A stretch of DNA of 63,648 nt from Candidatus Dormiibacterota bacterium (GTDB lineage: Bacteria; Chloroflexota; Dormibacteria; Aeolococcales; Aeolococcaceae), in assembly GCA_003153125.1 (NCBI GenBank), contig PLWW01000083.1:60676-124323 (forward strand), in the 5' to 3' direction. Shown here one piece after another: positions 18,811 to 33,527 of the stretch (within the stretch, counting starts at the first letter, position 1; every line of letters starts with the position of its first letter). A program made the translations under genes and the position numbers. Under the pieces are notes generated by a model. It ran no database searches, was not told where the DNA came from, and worked only from the letters and a program-made list of their open reading frames with translations.

Positions 18811-18935
18811 ATGAGCAACTTCTTCGCAACCCACGACCAAGACAGCGGGTTGAGGCTACCGCCCTCCGCAACAGGCAGCCATGAGCGCAATCGCATGTGT
18901 TGCTTTCGCAGACTCGGCGCGACGGGACGGCACAG

Positions 18936-19945
18936 TCACGACTGCCCGTAGACACTGCTATTGGCGGCACGCAGCACGCTGACGTAGCCCGCGCGCTCGT
19001 GTGCGGACTCGTCCGTGTCGGGCGGCACCGAGAGCATTCCGCGGAGCTCGGCGACTGTCGCAAATCCCTTGCGCTCCATCCAACTGGACAGGCCGGCAAG
19101 GAGTTCGGCCGCATACTCGGGGCCGTGCCGGAGCAGCGCTGAGGCGGTCATGACCACGTCTGCGCCGGCGAGGAGGAACTTGACGACGTCGTCCGGACCC
19201 TCGACGCCCGTCGTCGCAGCCAGTGCTGCTCGCACACGTCTATGCAAGATCGATATCCACGTGCGTGGCAACCGGGCTTCGGCCGGGCTGGACAGGTCGA
19301 CAGTGGACACGACGGCGAGGGTCTCCGGGTCGATGTCCGGCTGCAGGAACCGGTTGAACAGCACGAGCCCGTCCGCCCCAGCCTCGTCCAACCGCAGCGC
19401 CATCTCGCCCGTCGAGCTGAAATATGGGCTGAGTTTGACCGCCACCGGCACGGTGACGGCGGCCTTCACCCGGGTCAGGATGTCGAGGTGGCGCTGCTCG
19501 ACATCGCGGCCGGAGACGTGCGGGTCGCCGGGAACAAGATAGATGTTCAACTCGATCGCGGCAGCGCCGCAGTCCTGCATCGCCCGCGCGTAATCGACCC
19601 AACCGCCGGCCGTGACCCCGTTGAGGCTGCCCAACACCGGCACCTCAACGGCCGCTGCAGCGCGCTCCAGCAGGCGCAGATACCGGGTCGGGCCGACCTC
19701 CGTGTCGGCGTCGGTCGGGAAATATGAGAGCGACTCCGCGAAGCTCTCGGTGCCGGCGTCCGCCAGCCGCGCGTTCTGCGCCGCCTCACGGCGCAACTGC
19801 TCCTCGAAGAGGGAGAAGAGCACCACCGCGCCGATGCCGGCATCCGCCAAGCGCTGAACGCCGGCGACGGTCTGGGACAGCGGGGAGGGTGACGCCACGA
19901 GCGGGTTGCGCAGCCGGAGGCCCATGTAGTCGGTCGAAAGGTCCA

Positions 19946-19946
<1 letters not shown>
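18936..19946 (-). CDS. Dihydroorotate-dehydrogenase-like (PreA-like) flavoprotein, no ferredoxin tail
   Basis: MDLSTDYMGLRLRNPLVASPSPLS..., a class-1 DHOD-like TIM-barrel pattern. 1-nt overlap with the PFOR stop. Confidence 0.82.
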
Positions 19947-23514
<3,568 letters not shown>

Positions 23515-23515
<1 letters not shown>

Positions 23516-25149
23516 CACGCTGGCTCCGGGACCATCTCGATCGCGTGGACAGGGCACTGCTCAAAACACGCGCCGCAGCCCGTGCAACGGTCGTAGTCGA
23601 ACTTGTAGCGGTGTCCGACGCCCAGTTTGATCACCGCAACCTCTGGGCACGCGCCGAGGCAGCCGTCGCACTCGAAGCAATTGCCGCACGACAGGCACCG
23701 GCGCGCCTCATACGTCGCCTCTTCTTCGGAGAGGCCGCCGACCACCTCGCCGAAATCGGCAACGCGCTCCCCAGCCGCGAGTTCGGGCTGCTGTCGACGG
23801 GCCGCGTCGCCGAAATACCACAGGTGCAAACTGTCGAACGTGGCCAGTTCGTGCTTTGGCGGGCTTGCGGCCACGGCGCCACGCAGGTACGCGTCTATGT
23901 GGCGTGCAGCCTTCTTGCCGTGCCCGACGCCGACCGTCACGGTGCGCTCGCTCGGCACCATGTCGCCACCCGCGAACACGCCGGGACATCCGGTCATCAG
24001 AGACGACGACACCAGCACGGTGCCGTCCGGCTCGAATTCCACCCCCGGGACCTCACGCAGGAACGCGGTGTCCGTCTGCTGGCCGAGCGCCAGGATCACG
24101 GTGTCCGCGGCAAGCGTCTCGAACCGTCCGGTCGGGCGCGGGTATCCGGACTCGTCCAACTCCATGACCTCAACCGTCAGTGCTGGGCCGTCGAAGGCCG
24201 TGATCGTCCGAAGCCAGTTGATCCGAACGCCTTCTCGCTCGGCGTCCTCAGCCTCTTCGACGTGGGCCGGCATCTGGGCGCGGGTGCGGCGGTAGACGAT
24301 GAGAGCCTCGTCCGCACCCAGCCGACGGGCAACCCGGGCGGCGTCCATCGCGGTGTTGCCGCCACCGTAAACCGCGACGCGCCGCCCGACCACTGGCCGC
24401 TCGCCAGAGGCGACGCTGCGCAGGAACGAGACTGCGTCCACGATGCGTGCGGCATCCCGGGCCGGGATATCGACGCGCTTGGACAGGTGGGCACCCACCG
24501 CCACGAAGACTGCGTCGAACCCGCCCTCCCGCTGCTCCGCCGCGAGGTCCTCGACCCGGTGCTCACAGATGATCCGCACGCCCAGTGCCGTGATCCGGGT
24601 CAGCTCGGCGTCGAGGATCTCGCGGGGCATCCGATACGACGGGATGCCATACCGCATCATCCCGCCGGGTTCGGCGCCCGCGTCTCGGATCTCGACCTCG
24701 TGGCCGAGCCGGGTCAGGTGGTAGGCCGCGGACAACCCACTCGGCCCAGCCCCTATGACAAGAACACGCTTACCGCTGCTGGTCGGCGGGGGGTCGAGCC
24801 TCCAACCGCGCTCCAGCGCGAGGTCGCTGAGGAACCGCTCGACAGAGTGGATCGAGACTGCGCTATCGAGGTTCGCACGGTTGCAGACGCTCTCGCACGG
24901 GTGGTAGCAGACCCGCCCGTGGATCGCCGGGAAAGGGTTGTCCTGCACCAGCTCACGCCACGCCTCCTCGTGGCGGCCAGCCTGGGCGTGGGCGAGCCAG
25001 GCCTGGATGTTCTCCCCAGCCGGGCAGCCTGCGTTGCACGTCGGCAGGAGGTCCACGTAGACGGGGCGGCGCTCCCGGACCGGCCCGGCGCGGACACGCC
25101 CGTGCAGCAGATCCGGCAGTGGCGTGACGTCTCGCGGCAGCCCGGTCAT
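23515..25149 (-). CDS. GltD/NfnB-like NAD(P)H-FAD oxidoreductase with C-terminal 2x[4Fe-4S] ferredoxin domain
   Basis: Contains NPFPAIHGRVCYHPCESVCNR, VLVIGAGPSGLSAAYHL and VAVYGGGNTAMDAAR. The C-terminus has CLSCGNCFECDGCLGACP and CTGCGACFEQCP. Confidence 0.85.
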
Positions 25150-25471
25150 TCCGCCGGGCTCCGCGTCGCCCCGGCGTCTCGCTGCGGACGGGTAGCCACG
25201 TCAGCAGAGTACTCGCTTAGCGGAGGCCAGCCTGCAGTGCTGGCACAACATCCGTCCTGCGCGGCCTCGGGGCGAGCGAGGGTGTCGGCGGATCCGGCTG
25301 CGCCTGACGCCATTGGCGCCGTCACCCCTGCGCTGCGGCGACGCTGTTCACTCATGGTCATGCGTCGCCCATCGGTCCTGTCGGCTTCAGTCGCTCCGCG
25401 GTCGAGGCGGTGGCGAAGGACTGAGAGACGTGGCTCATCGCACCGTCGCCACCGTTGAATAAGCGGGTACG

Positions 25472-25620
25472 TCAGTTCCCACCGTCGGCGCGGAAGATCG
25501 GCCACCCCGTCTCCGTTTCCCACTCGGTGGGGTCCGGGGTGTCGTGCCAGTCGTGCAGGTAGTACTCACGCAGCGGCCCATCGACGCTGATCTCGTGACC
25601 GGTCACCCCGGAGAGACTGA

Positions 25621-25648
<28 letters not shown>
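25472..25648 (-). pseudogene. C-terminal remnant of a GyrI-like/MerR effector-binding domain
   Basis: My translation is ...ISLSGVTGHEISVDGPLREYYLHDWHDTPDPTEWETETGWPIFRADGGN*. The frame opens only 58 codons upstream, inside the 3' end of the ABC ATPase gene, and has no plausible start. Confidence 0.45.
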
Positions 25649-26721
<1,073 letters not shown>

Positions 26722-26730
26722 TTGCTGCCC

Positions 26731-27645
26731 TCACTTGACCGCCCCGGCAAGCATGCCGCGGACAAAATATCTCTGGAAGCTGAAGAACACGATGAGCGGA
26801 ACGATGATCGAGATGATCCCACCGGTGGACACAATCCAGTAGTTGGAGGCCAGTTCGCGCACCTGGTCGAAGAGGAAGACTGTCAGGGGTGCGTGGGCGT
26901 TGCCACCGAGGAAGATCAGGGCGACCAGGAGGTCGTTCCACACCCAGATGAACTGGAAGATGGCCAGTGACGCCGCGGCTGGAACACCAAGGGGCAGGAC
27001 GACCCGCCGGAAGAGCTTCCACTCGCCCGCCCCGTCGATGCGCCCGGCCTCGAGGAGGTCACGAGGTATCCCGTTGTAGAAGTTGCGCATCAGGAAGATG
27101 CCGAAGGGCAGACCGAATGCGACGTGGAAGATGACCACGCCGACGACGGTGCCGAAGGGGTTGAAGCCCGTCGCCGAGCCGAACAGCTTGTAGAGGCTCG
27201 CGACGGGGAGCAGCGCCATCTGGACCGGCACAACCATGAGCGCGACGACGACGAGGAACACGGCGTCGCGACCGCGCCACCTGCCGAAGACGAGCGAGTA
27301 CGCGGCAAGGCTGGACAGCGAGGTGACCAGGATGGTCGTGGGCACCGTGATCACGGCGGAGGTGATCAGCGAGTCGAGCAGGCCTCCCGGTCGCAACCCC
27401 TGCGAGAAGAGCGTGGTGTAGTTCTGGATGGTGAGCCGCGACGGCGCGGTCAGCACCGTCCACCAGCCCGACTGAGTGAAGGCCGATTCCGGCCGGAGCG
27501 ACACCACCAAAAGCCCGATCGAAGGCACCAGCCAGAAGATGGCGATGAGGGCGAGCACGACGTTGAGGACCGGCCGCCGCCGGCGCAGGCGCGACCTCCA
27601 CCCACCGGTGCGCACAGGGACGGCGCTGATGGCCGCGGTTGTCAT
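26731..27645 (-). CDS. Carbohydrate ABC transporter permease (MalG-like)
   Basis: MTTAAISAV... is polytopic and has the EAGRIDGAGEWKLFRRVVLP (EAA) motif. ATGA overlap with the upstream permease; the ORF track start is 27921. Confidence 0.9.
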   Translation of the reverse strand: MTTAAISAVPVRTGGWRSRLRRRRPVLNVVLALIAIFWLVPSIGLLVVSLRPESAFTQSGWWTVLTAPSRLTIQNYTTLFSQGLRPGGLLDSLITSAVITVPTTILVTSLSSLAAYSLVFGRWRGRDAVFLVVVALMVVPVQMALLPVASLYKLFGSATGFNPFGTVVGVVIFHVAFGLPFGIFLMRNFYNGIPRDLLEAGRIDGAGEWKLFRRVVLPLGVPAAASLAIFQFIWVWNDLLVALIFLGGNAHAPLTVFLFDQVRELASNYWIVSTGGIISIIVPLIVFFSFQRYFVRGMLAGAVK

Positions 27646-29135
27646 GTGCCTCTGATCCTCCTCAGGTTCAGCAGCATGGCCGGGATCACCAGGATGAAGA
27701 GCAGCACGCACAGCGCGCTCGCCAGGCCCGTGGCCGGGTTGGCGGTGAAACCGGTGTTGTAGATCAGCAGCGCGAGGGTACTGGCATCCTGCTGCGATGT
27801 CCCCGGGGGCATGTTCAGGATGATGTCGAAGATCTTGAGGACGTTGATGAGCATGGTCACGAAAACGACGATGAGGACGGGCAGCAGCATCGGGATGGTC
27901 ACCCGGCGCAGCGTCTGCCACTCAGTCGCGCCGTCCATGTGCGCAGCCTCGAGCACCTCACGGTTGAGCGACGCCAGCCCGGCGCCGATGGCGACCATGG
28001 CAAAGCCCGCCCAGATCCACAGCATCGCGATGATCATCGCGATGTCCACCAGCGGCACGCTGAGCAGCGCCTGAGCGGTCCTGCTCAGGCTGGCCGTCGG
28101 AGTGATCGACTGCGTGCCGAGGAACGAGATGCCGGTGAAGCCGGACCCGAAGTTGCTCGAGTCCACCTGGACGTGGAACTGGCCCTGACCGACGTTGTCG
28201 AAGTGGAACGCGCCGTTGAGGCCGGTCGTGGCGGTGGCAGCGGAACTCCCGTCGCTGCGCAGCAGGCTCACGTGCAAGCTGGGCAGTCCGTCCTCATCGG
28301 GGAACACCGTGCCCTTGACTCCGACGTGGGTGGGCGAGAAGTCGCGCCAGACGACACCGACGACACCCCCGGAGGCCGCCGAGGGCACCTGGACCTTCTG
28401 CGCGTTGAGCATCTGCAGCGTGAACGGGCTGATCCCCACCAGTCCCAGCTTGGCGACGCCCCCACTCGAGACAGTCGACGTGCTCTGCAGGGTGGCGGAG
28501 GCGGTGGCCGCGACGTTGGTCGACGCCAGGTTGGACAGCGACTGCCCCGCCGACTTGTCGATGGGATAGAGGCCGGGTGGGTTGAACACGTCGCTCACCG
28601 TCTGCACGGCCGCGTTGACCATGCCGACGTGGGGGTCGAGATCGAACACCGCGCGCCAGATCAGGGCTGAGGCGGTGAGGCTGAAGACGATCGGCATGAA
28701 CACGACAGTCTTGAAGGCCGTCGCCCAGCGGATGCGCTCGGTGAGCACGGCGAACACGAGGCCGAGGAAGGTGACGGTGAAGGGAAAGACGATGACCCAG
28801 ATGACGTTGTTGCGAAGTCCGATAAGGATGTCGTCGGTGGCGAAGATCTCCTTGTAGTTGCCGAGGCCGACGAAGCTGCTCCCGTTGTTGTTGTCGAACA
28901 GGCTGCGGACGAGGGTGGCGACGAGAGGGTAGACAACGATGGCGCCGAGGAAGATCGCGGCGGGCAGGATGAACAGCAGCGAACCTGTGTGGGAACGCCA
29001 GCCGCCACCGCCGCCCGGCTGCTTCGCCATCGCCAACGGTGCGGCGCCGAGCGGCGTGTCCGGGGCAGGGACAGGCACCGCCACCGCTCGCGCGGTCGAC
29101 GGGCGGCGCAGCCCGAAAGTTCTCCCGCTCAGCAT
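27642..29135 (-). CDS. Carbohydrate ABC transporter permease (MalF-like) with large extracytoplasmic insert
   Basis: EAAHMDGATEWQTLRRVTIP (EAA motif). An insert of about 185 aa lies between TM segments. The start is provisional (MLSGR at 29135, AGGA upstream; MAKQ at 29030 is an alternative). Confidence 0.85.
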   Translation of the reverse strand: MLSGRTFGLRRPSTARAVAVPVPAPDTPLGAAPLAMAKQPGGGGGWRSHTGSLLFILPAAIFLGAIVVYPLVATLVRSLFDNNNGSSFVGLGNYKEIFATDDILIGLRNNVIWVIVFPFTVTFLGLVFAVLTERIRWATAFKTVVFMPIVFSLTASALIWRAVFDLDPHVGMVNAAVQTVSDVFNPPGLYPIDKSAGQSLSNLASTNVAATASATLQSTSTVSSGGVAKLGLVGISPFTLQMLNAQKVQVPSAASGGVVGVVWRDFSPTHVGVKGTVFPDEDGLPSLHVSLLRSDGSSAATATTGLNGAFHFDNVGQGQFHVQVDSSNFGSGFTGISFLGTQSITPTASLSRTAQALLSVPLVDIAMIIAMLWIWAGFAMVAIGAGLASLNREVLEAAHMDGATEWQTLRRVTIPMLLPVLIVVFVTMLINVLKIFDIILNMPPGTSQQDASTLALLIYNTGFTANPATGLASALCVLLFILVIPAMLLNLRRIRGT

Positions 29136-29356
29136 GGGCGCACATCCTATGCCCCGGATCGTGGTAGTACAACGCGTTTGTGAGACCGACCCAGCAGGCG
29201 CTTCGGCGGCGTAATGCTTTGGCCAGCGGGCCCCGTCGCCGCGACAGAAATCATCCCGCCGAGTGATGGATGTTCGCGTCCGGTCGGCCCATACTGCCGG
29301 GCGACGCATCAAGCTGCCGGTGGGCTGACCTCGCCGGAGCGAAACGGAGGCCCTCT

Positions 29357-30742
29357 GTGAATCACGTCAAACGATCCGGCCGGTTTGCTGCCGGGGCCAT
29401 GATGGTGGCGGGGGTCGCCGCCTGCGGCTCAACCTCATCCACGTCCCCGTCCAGTTCGTCATCGTCTGGAACATCCAGTCAGAAGATCGGCGGGTCAGTC
29501 AGTGTCTGGGCGGAGTGGACCGGTCAGGAGCAGCAGGCCTTCGAGGCAGCCCTGCAGCCATTCGAGACAGCCACAGGCGTCACCGTCAACTACGCCGGGA
29601 AGGGAAACAACACGGACACCGCGCTGGTCTCGGCCATCCAGGGCGGAGCGCCACCTGACGTCGCCCTCGTCCCGGACCCGGGCACGCTGCAGACCCTGGC
29701 GAAGCAGGGATCCATCAAGGACATCACCAGCGTGCTGGGGAGCCTCAGCGGCGACTACAGCTCGGCCTGGAACCAGCTCGCCACCTACAACGGCAAGCTG
29801 TTCGGCGTCTGGTTCAAGGGCGCCAACAAGAACACCATCTGGTACAACCCGGCAGAGTTCACCGCCGCCGGGATCAGCTCACCTCCAACCACGTGGGAGC
29901 AGCTGATCACAGATGCCGCACAGCTCCAGGCGGCGGGCGTGACGCCCTTCTCGCTGTGCACCGACGTGGGATGGCCACTTGCGGACTTCTGGCAGAACCT
30001 GTACCTCAAGGTTGCGGGCGCGACGGCCTACAACCAGCTCGCCACCCATGCGCTGAAGTGGACGGATCCCACCGTCACCACCACGTTCAGCACGCTGGCG
30101 CAGCTCTTTGGCAAGACCGGCTACCTTGCCGGCGGCCTCTCGGGCTCGCTGTCGAACACGTTCCCGCAGTGCGTTGACAAGGTGTTCCCGAAGACAGGCA
30201 ACCCGCAGGCGGCGATGGTCGTCGAGGCCGACTTTGTCGTCTCCGAGATCACCGGCAACAGCGCCACCTACGCTGGTGGAACCACGGGGACGGGTGGTGC
30301 CGCGTGCACCGCGGACCCGACCAAGACTCCCTGCTACGACTTCTTCGCGTTCCCGGCGCCGGCCGCGGACAGCGCCAACAGCACCGCGATCCAGGGTGCC
30401 GGTGACGTAGCCATGATGGTCAACAGCACGGCGCAGTCCCAGGCCCTGATCAAGTACCTGGCGGGCCCGGACGGTGCGTCGATCTGGGCGCACCTCGGCG
30501 GCTTCGCCACGGCCAACAAGTCGGTGCCGCTCAGCGCCTACCCCGACCCGGTCACCAAGGCGGACGCGCAGGCCCTGGTCAATGCCAGCAGCTTCGTCTT
30601 CAGTCTCGATGACCTCCAGGGGAGCTGGGAGCACATGATGTGGGCCGACCTCATCAACTTCCTCAAGGACCCGAGTTCAGGCAACGTCTCGGCGCTCGAG
30701 GCGACCATGGACACGCAGGCCACGGCGGGCCTCGGCCACTAG
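29357..30742 (+). CDS. Extracellular solute-binding lipoprotein (sugar ABC)
   Basis: GTG 29357 follows GGAGG. Lipobox MMVAGVAACGS is followed by a Ser-rich linker. Divergent from the permease operon. Confidence 0.85.
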   Translation: MNHVKRSGRFAAGAMMVAGVAACGSTSSTSPSSSSSSGTSSQKIGGSVSVWAEWTGQEQQAFEAALQPFETATGVTVNYAGKGNNTDTALVSAIQGGAPPDVALVPDPGTLQTLAKQGSIKDITSVLGSLSGDYSSAWNQLATYNGKLFGVWFKGANKNTIWYNPAEFTAAGISSPPTTWEQLITDAAQLQAAGVTPFSLCTDVGWPLADFWQNLYLKVAGATAYNQLATHALKWTDPTVTTTFSTLAQLFGKTGYLAGGLSGSLSNTFPQCVDKVFPKTGNPQAAMVVEADFVVSEITGNSATYAGGTTGTGGAACTADPTKTPCYDFFAFPAPAADSANSTAIQGAGDVAMMVNSTAQSQALIKYLAGPDGASIWAHLGGFATANKSVPLSAYPDPVTKADAQALVNASSFVFSLDDLQGSWEHMMWADLINFLKDPSSGNVSALEATMDTQATAGLGH

Positions 30743-30755
30743 ACCCGATGCGAGT

Positions 30756-30788
30756 GAGCGGGACTCCGCGCCGTGCGGAGTCCCGCTC
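30756..30788 (+). terminator. Strong hairpin after the solute-binding protein gene
   Basis: GAGCGGGACTCCGC (30756-30769) pairs with GCGGAGTCCCGCTC (30775-30788), a perfect 14-bp stem with a 5-nt loop. No U tract. Confidence 0.55.
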
Positions 30789-30802
30789 AGAGGGACCTGA
30801 GC

Positions 30803-31711
30803 ATGACCATCGCGATGTCAGCCTCGGCAGCAGAATCCGGTGCACCTACGCCGTCCTCGCTGCAGACCTCGGTGTCGGCGCGGACGCTCGGTTTCCTCGA
30901 GGAGATGGGGTGGCTCGAAAGCCTCGGCCAGCGCATCGGAGCGCTGCTGCAGCCGATCAGCGACCAGCGCTCGATGATGGACGTCCTCCACGGTCGCTGG
31001 CTCGGACACGCGCTGCACCCTGTCCTCAGCGATCTGCCCATCGGCTTCTGGGCGGCCGTACCGGTGCTCGACGCGATCGGTGACGACGGCGGCGCCATCG
31101 CCCTGACGGCCGCGGGATGTGCGGCGGCCGTCGCGACCGCCGCGACCGGCACCGCTGACTGGACGGTCAGCGATGGCCGCGAGAGGCGCCTCGGCCTGCT
31201 CCACGGCCTGGTCAACACCGCCGGGCTCGCCCTCCAATTGGGTGCGCTGGCCGCTCGATCCACGGGGCGGCGGGGTGCCGGCCGGTTGCTCAGCTTCACC
31301 GGGCTCGGCGTCAGCACCGCCGCCGCGTACGTGGGCGGCGAGCTAGTCTTCGGTCGTGGCCTCATGGTCGACCACGATGCGTGGAAGGCGGGTCCCTCCG
31401 ACTGGACCGCGGTGGCCGACGCCGCGGCCCTTGATGAGGGTCACACCAAGGCCGTCGACCTCGAGGGCCGCAAGGTACTGCTCGCCCGTGTTGACGGCGT
31501 GGTCTGCGCGATGGAAGACGCCTGCAGCCACAGCGGTGGTCCGCTGTCAGAGGGAACGGTCGAGGATGGCGTCGTCACGTGTCCGTGGCATGGGTCGCGG
31601 TTCCGGCTTCGCGACGGCGCGGTCGCCGGCGGCCCGGCGACCTTTCCTCAGCTGCGCCTGGAGAGCCGGGTGGTCGACGGACGCGTCGAGGTGCGGGGGC
31701 GTCCTGGATGA
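30803..31711 (+). CDS. DUF2231-like membrane domain fused to a Rieske [2Fe-2S] domain
   Basis: The N-terminal half has HPVLSDLPIGFW and TM segments. The C-terminus has CSHSGGPL...CPWHGSRF. Confidence 0.8.
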   Translation: MTIAMSASAAESGAPTPSSLQTSVSARTLGFLEEMGWLESLGQRIGALLQPISDQRSMMDVLHGRWLGHALHPVLSDLPIGFWAAVPVLDAIGDDGGAIALTAAGCAAAVATAATGTADWTVSDGRERRLGLLHGLVNTAGLALQLGALAARSTGRRGAGRLLSFTGLGVSTAAAYVGGELVFGRGLMVDHDAWKAGPSDWTAVADAAALDEGHTKAVDLEGRKVLLARVDGVVCAMEDACSHSGGPLSEGTVEDGVVTCPWHGSRFRLRDGAVAGGPATFPQLRLESRVVDGRVEVRGRPG

Positions 31712-31733
31712 GGAGCGAGCGCCGAGCGTTCGG

Positions 31734-32180
31734 TCAGGTCGGCGCCTGTGGCCAGCGCGGTACGGGCAGCCCGTCAGGGACCTCACTGCCATGCGGTGCG
31801 TACACGAGCACGTCTCGCAGCGACCACTCCATGTAGGCGCGGAGGCTGGCGCGGAGACCGGGGTCGTCGGGAAGCCCCGCATCGTCCATCGCGCCGACGA
31901 AACACGCCACGAAACGACGCCCCAGGTCGTCCATCGATCCGTTGTTTGCATGGAGGGTCAGCATCGCGGACTGGGTGCCGCCCGACACCGAGAAGCGGGC
32001 TGGTCCGCCGAGGGCCTCGGCCCAGTACCACGCCAGCCTCTCGACGTGCATGGGACTGACCCCCTGCGAGAAGGGGTGGTTCAGCTCCGGGTCCTCGAGG
32101 CAGCGCCTGTGATGCGCGGCGGCCAGAGCGAGGAATGCGGCCTCGCCGCCCGCCTGTTCGAAGAGTGACAGGCCGACCAT
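31734..32180 (-). CDS. glbO: Group II truncated haemoglobin
   Basis: [33 protein letters not shown]...W..AL.G, a trHbO-type pattern; 148 aa. Confidence 0.78.
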   Translation of the reverse strand: MVGLSLFEQAGGEAAFLALAAAHHRRCLEDPELNHPFSQGVSPMHVERLAWYWAEALGGPARFSVSGGTQSAMLTLHANNGSMDDLGRRFVACFVGAMDDAGLPDDPGLRASLRAYMEWSLRDVLVYAPHGSEVPDGLPVPRWPQAPT

Positions 32181-32279
32181 GGAGGCGATTATCCGACGCG
32201 CGGCAACTCAGGGGCTCGGCGAGATGCGGTCGGCGCGAACCTGGACCGCGGCGCGGGACAGGTTTCCTATGCTCGACGC

Positions 32280-33242
32280 ATGGACATGCAGTATCGCCGC
32301 CTCGGACGCTCTGGACTCAAGGTCAGTGTCCTCTCGTTCGGTTCCTGGGTCAGCTTCGGGCCGCAACTGGCCGGGGACAACGCGCGCGAGTGTCTCGCGG
32401 CGGCCTACGACGCCGGCATCAACTTCTTCGACAACGCCGAGGTCTACGCCGCCGGGAGGTCGGAGTCGATCATGGGCGAGGCCATCGCGCAACTGGCCTG
32501 GCCGCGGCACAGCTACGTGGTGTCGAGCAAGTTCTTCTGGGGCATCGAGGGCTCCGTCAACACCCGCAACACGCTCAACCGCAAGTACCTGCTCCAGGCC
32601 GTTGACGGCTCACTGCGCAGGCTGCGGCTGGATTTCCTCGACCTCATCTTCTGCCATCGCCCTGATCCCGAGACACCCGTCGCCGAGACGGTGTGGGCCA
32701 TGCACGACATCATCGAGTCCGGCCGCGCGCTCTACTGGGGCACATCGGAGTGGAGTGCGGATGCGATCCGGGAAGCCTGGGCAGTGGCCGAGCGCGATCA
32801 CCTGCATCGTCCGGTGATGGAACAGCCGCAATACAACCTCACCGAACGAACCAAGGTCGAGGAGGAATTCGCGCCGCTGTACGACGAGATCGGCCTCGGC
32901 TTGACCACCTGGAGCCCGCTTGCCTCGGGACTGCTCAGCGGCAAGTACCTCGACGGGATCCCCGCGGGCAGCCGCGCCACCCTCCCCGGGTACGGCTGGC
33001 TGCGCACGCAGCTCACCGATCCCGGGGCCAGCCGGCGGGTGCGGGCGCTCAAGGTGATCGCCGACGAGCTGAGCGTGTCGCTGGCGCAGCTGTCGATCGC
33101 CTGGTGCGCGGCCAACCCGCACGTGTCCACGGTGATCACCGGCGCCAGCCGGGTCGAGCAGATCCACGAGAACCTCGGGGCGCTCGACGCCTTGTCGCGG
33201 CTCACCCCGGACGTGTTGAAGAGGATCGACGCCATCTTCTGA
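32280..33242 (+). CDS. Aldo/keto reductase (Kv-beta-like)
   Basis: [46 protein letters not shown]. Confidence 0.9.
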   Translation: MDMQYRRLGRSGLKVSVLSFGSWVSFGPQLAGDNARECLAAAYDAGINFFDNAEVYAAGRSESIMGEAIAQLAWPRHSYVVSSKFFWGIEGSVNTRNTLNRKYLLQAVDGSLRRLRLDFLDLIFCHRPDPETPVAETVWAMHDIIESGRALYWGTSEWSADAIREAWAVAERDHLHRPVMEQPQYNLTERTKVEEEFAPLYDEIGLGLTTWSPLASGLLSGKYLDGIPAGSRATLPGYGWLRTQLTDPGASRRVRALKVIADELSVSLAQLSIAWCAANPHVSTVITGASRVEQIHENLGALDALSRLTPDVLKRIDAIF

Positions 33243-33329
33243 CGCGGCCGCGTCAGCGTCATCCGGCGGCGTTCGAGCTCCCTGCCATACTTGACAGCGC
33301 CGTCAGGTTCCACGTCAGCGAGGTGTCCC

Positions 33330-33527
33330 GTGCCCGTCATCCAGAAGTGCGACAACTGCGGCACGCCCACCCCCATCTACCGGCTTGCGGCGGTGATCCT
33401 CGACGGCCACATGGCCCAGATCTGCCCGCGCTGCCTGTCGACGGAGCAGGCGCGCGTCGACCTGCCCTACTCGCCACGCACCGACCAGGGCGCCATCCAG
33501 CCGAGCACGAGCCGCGACGCTTGGTAG
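33330..33527 (+). CDS. Small zinc-ribbon protein (65 aa)
   Basis: CDNCG...CPRC, high GC3, GTG 33330 after GAGGTG. Its stop overlaps the proposed pyrF TTG start by 7 nt. Confidence 0.5.
   Translation: MPVIQKCDNCGTPTPIYRLAAVILDGHMAQICPRCLSTEQARVDLPYSPRTDQGAIQPSTSRDAW

Noticed and set aside
25146-25523. Full 125-aa minus-strand ORF upstream of the PFOR operon
   Set aside because: Its N-terminal part overlaps, in another frame, the GyrI-like remnant, and its composition is poor. Only the distal 71 codons, which are ATGA-coupled, are kept as a low-interest finding.
30756-30788. GGGACT...AGTCCC half-sites as a DevR-type operator
   Set aside because: The halves are 13 nt apart rather than 2 and form a perfect 14-bp hairpin directly after a stop codon. 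A terminator is the simpler reading.
33240-33255. Palindrome TGACGCGGCCGCGTCA after the AKR gene as a terminator
   Set aside because: It has only a 6-bp stem with a 4-nt loop, includes the stop codon and has no U tract. That is too weak to call.
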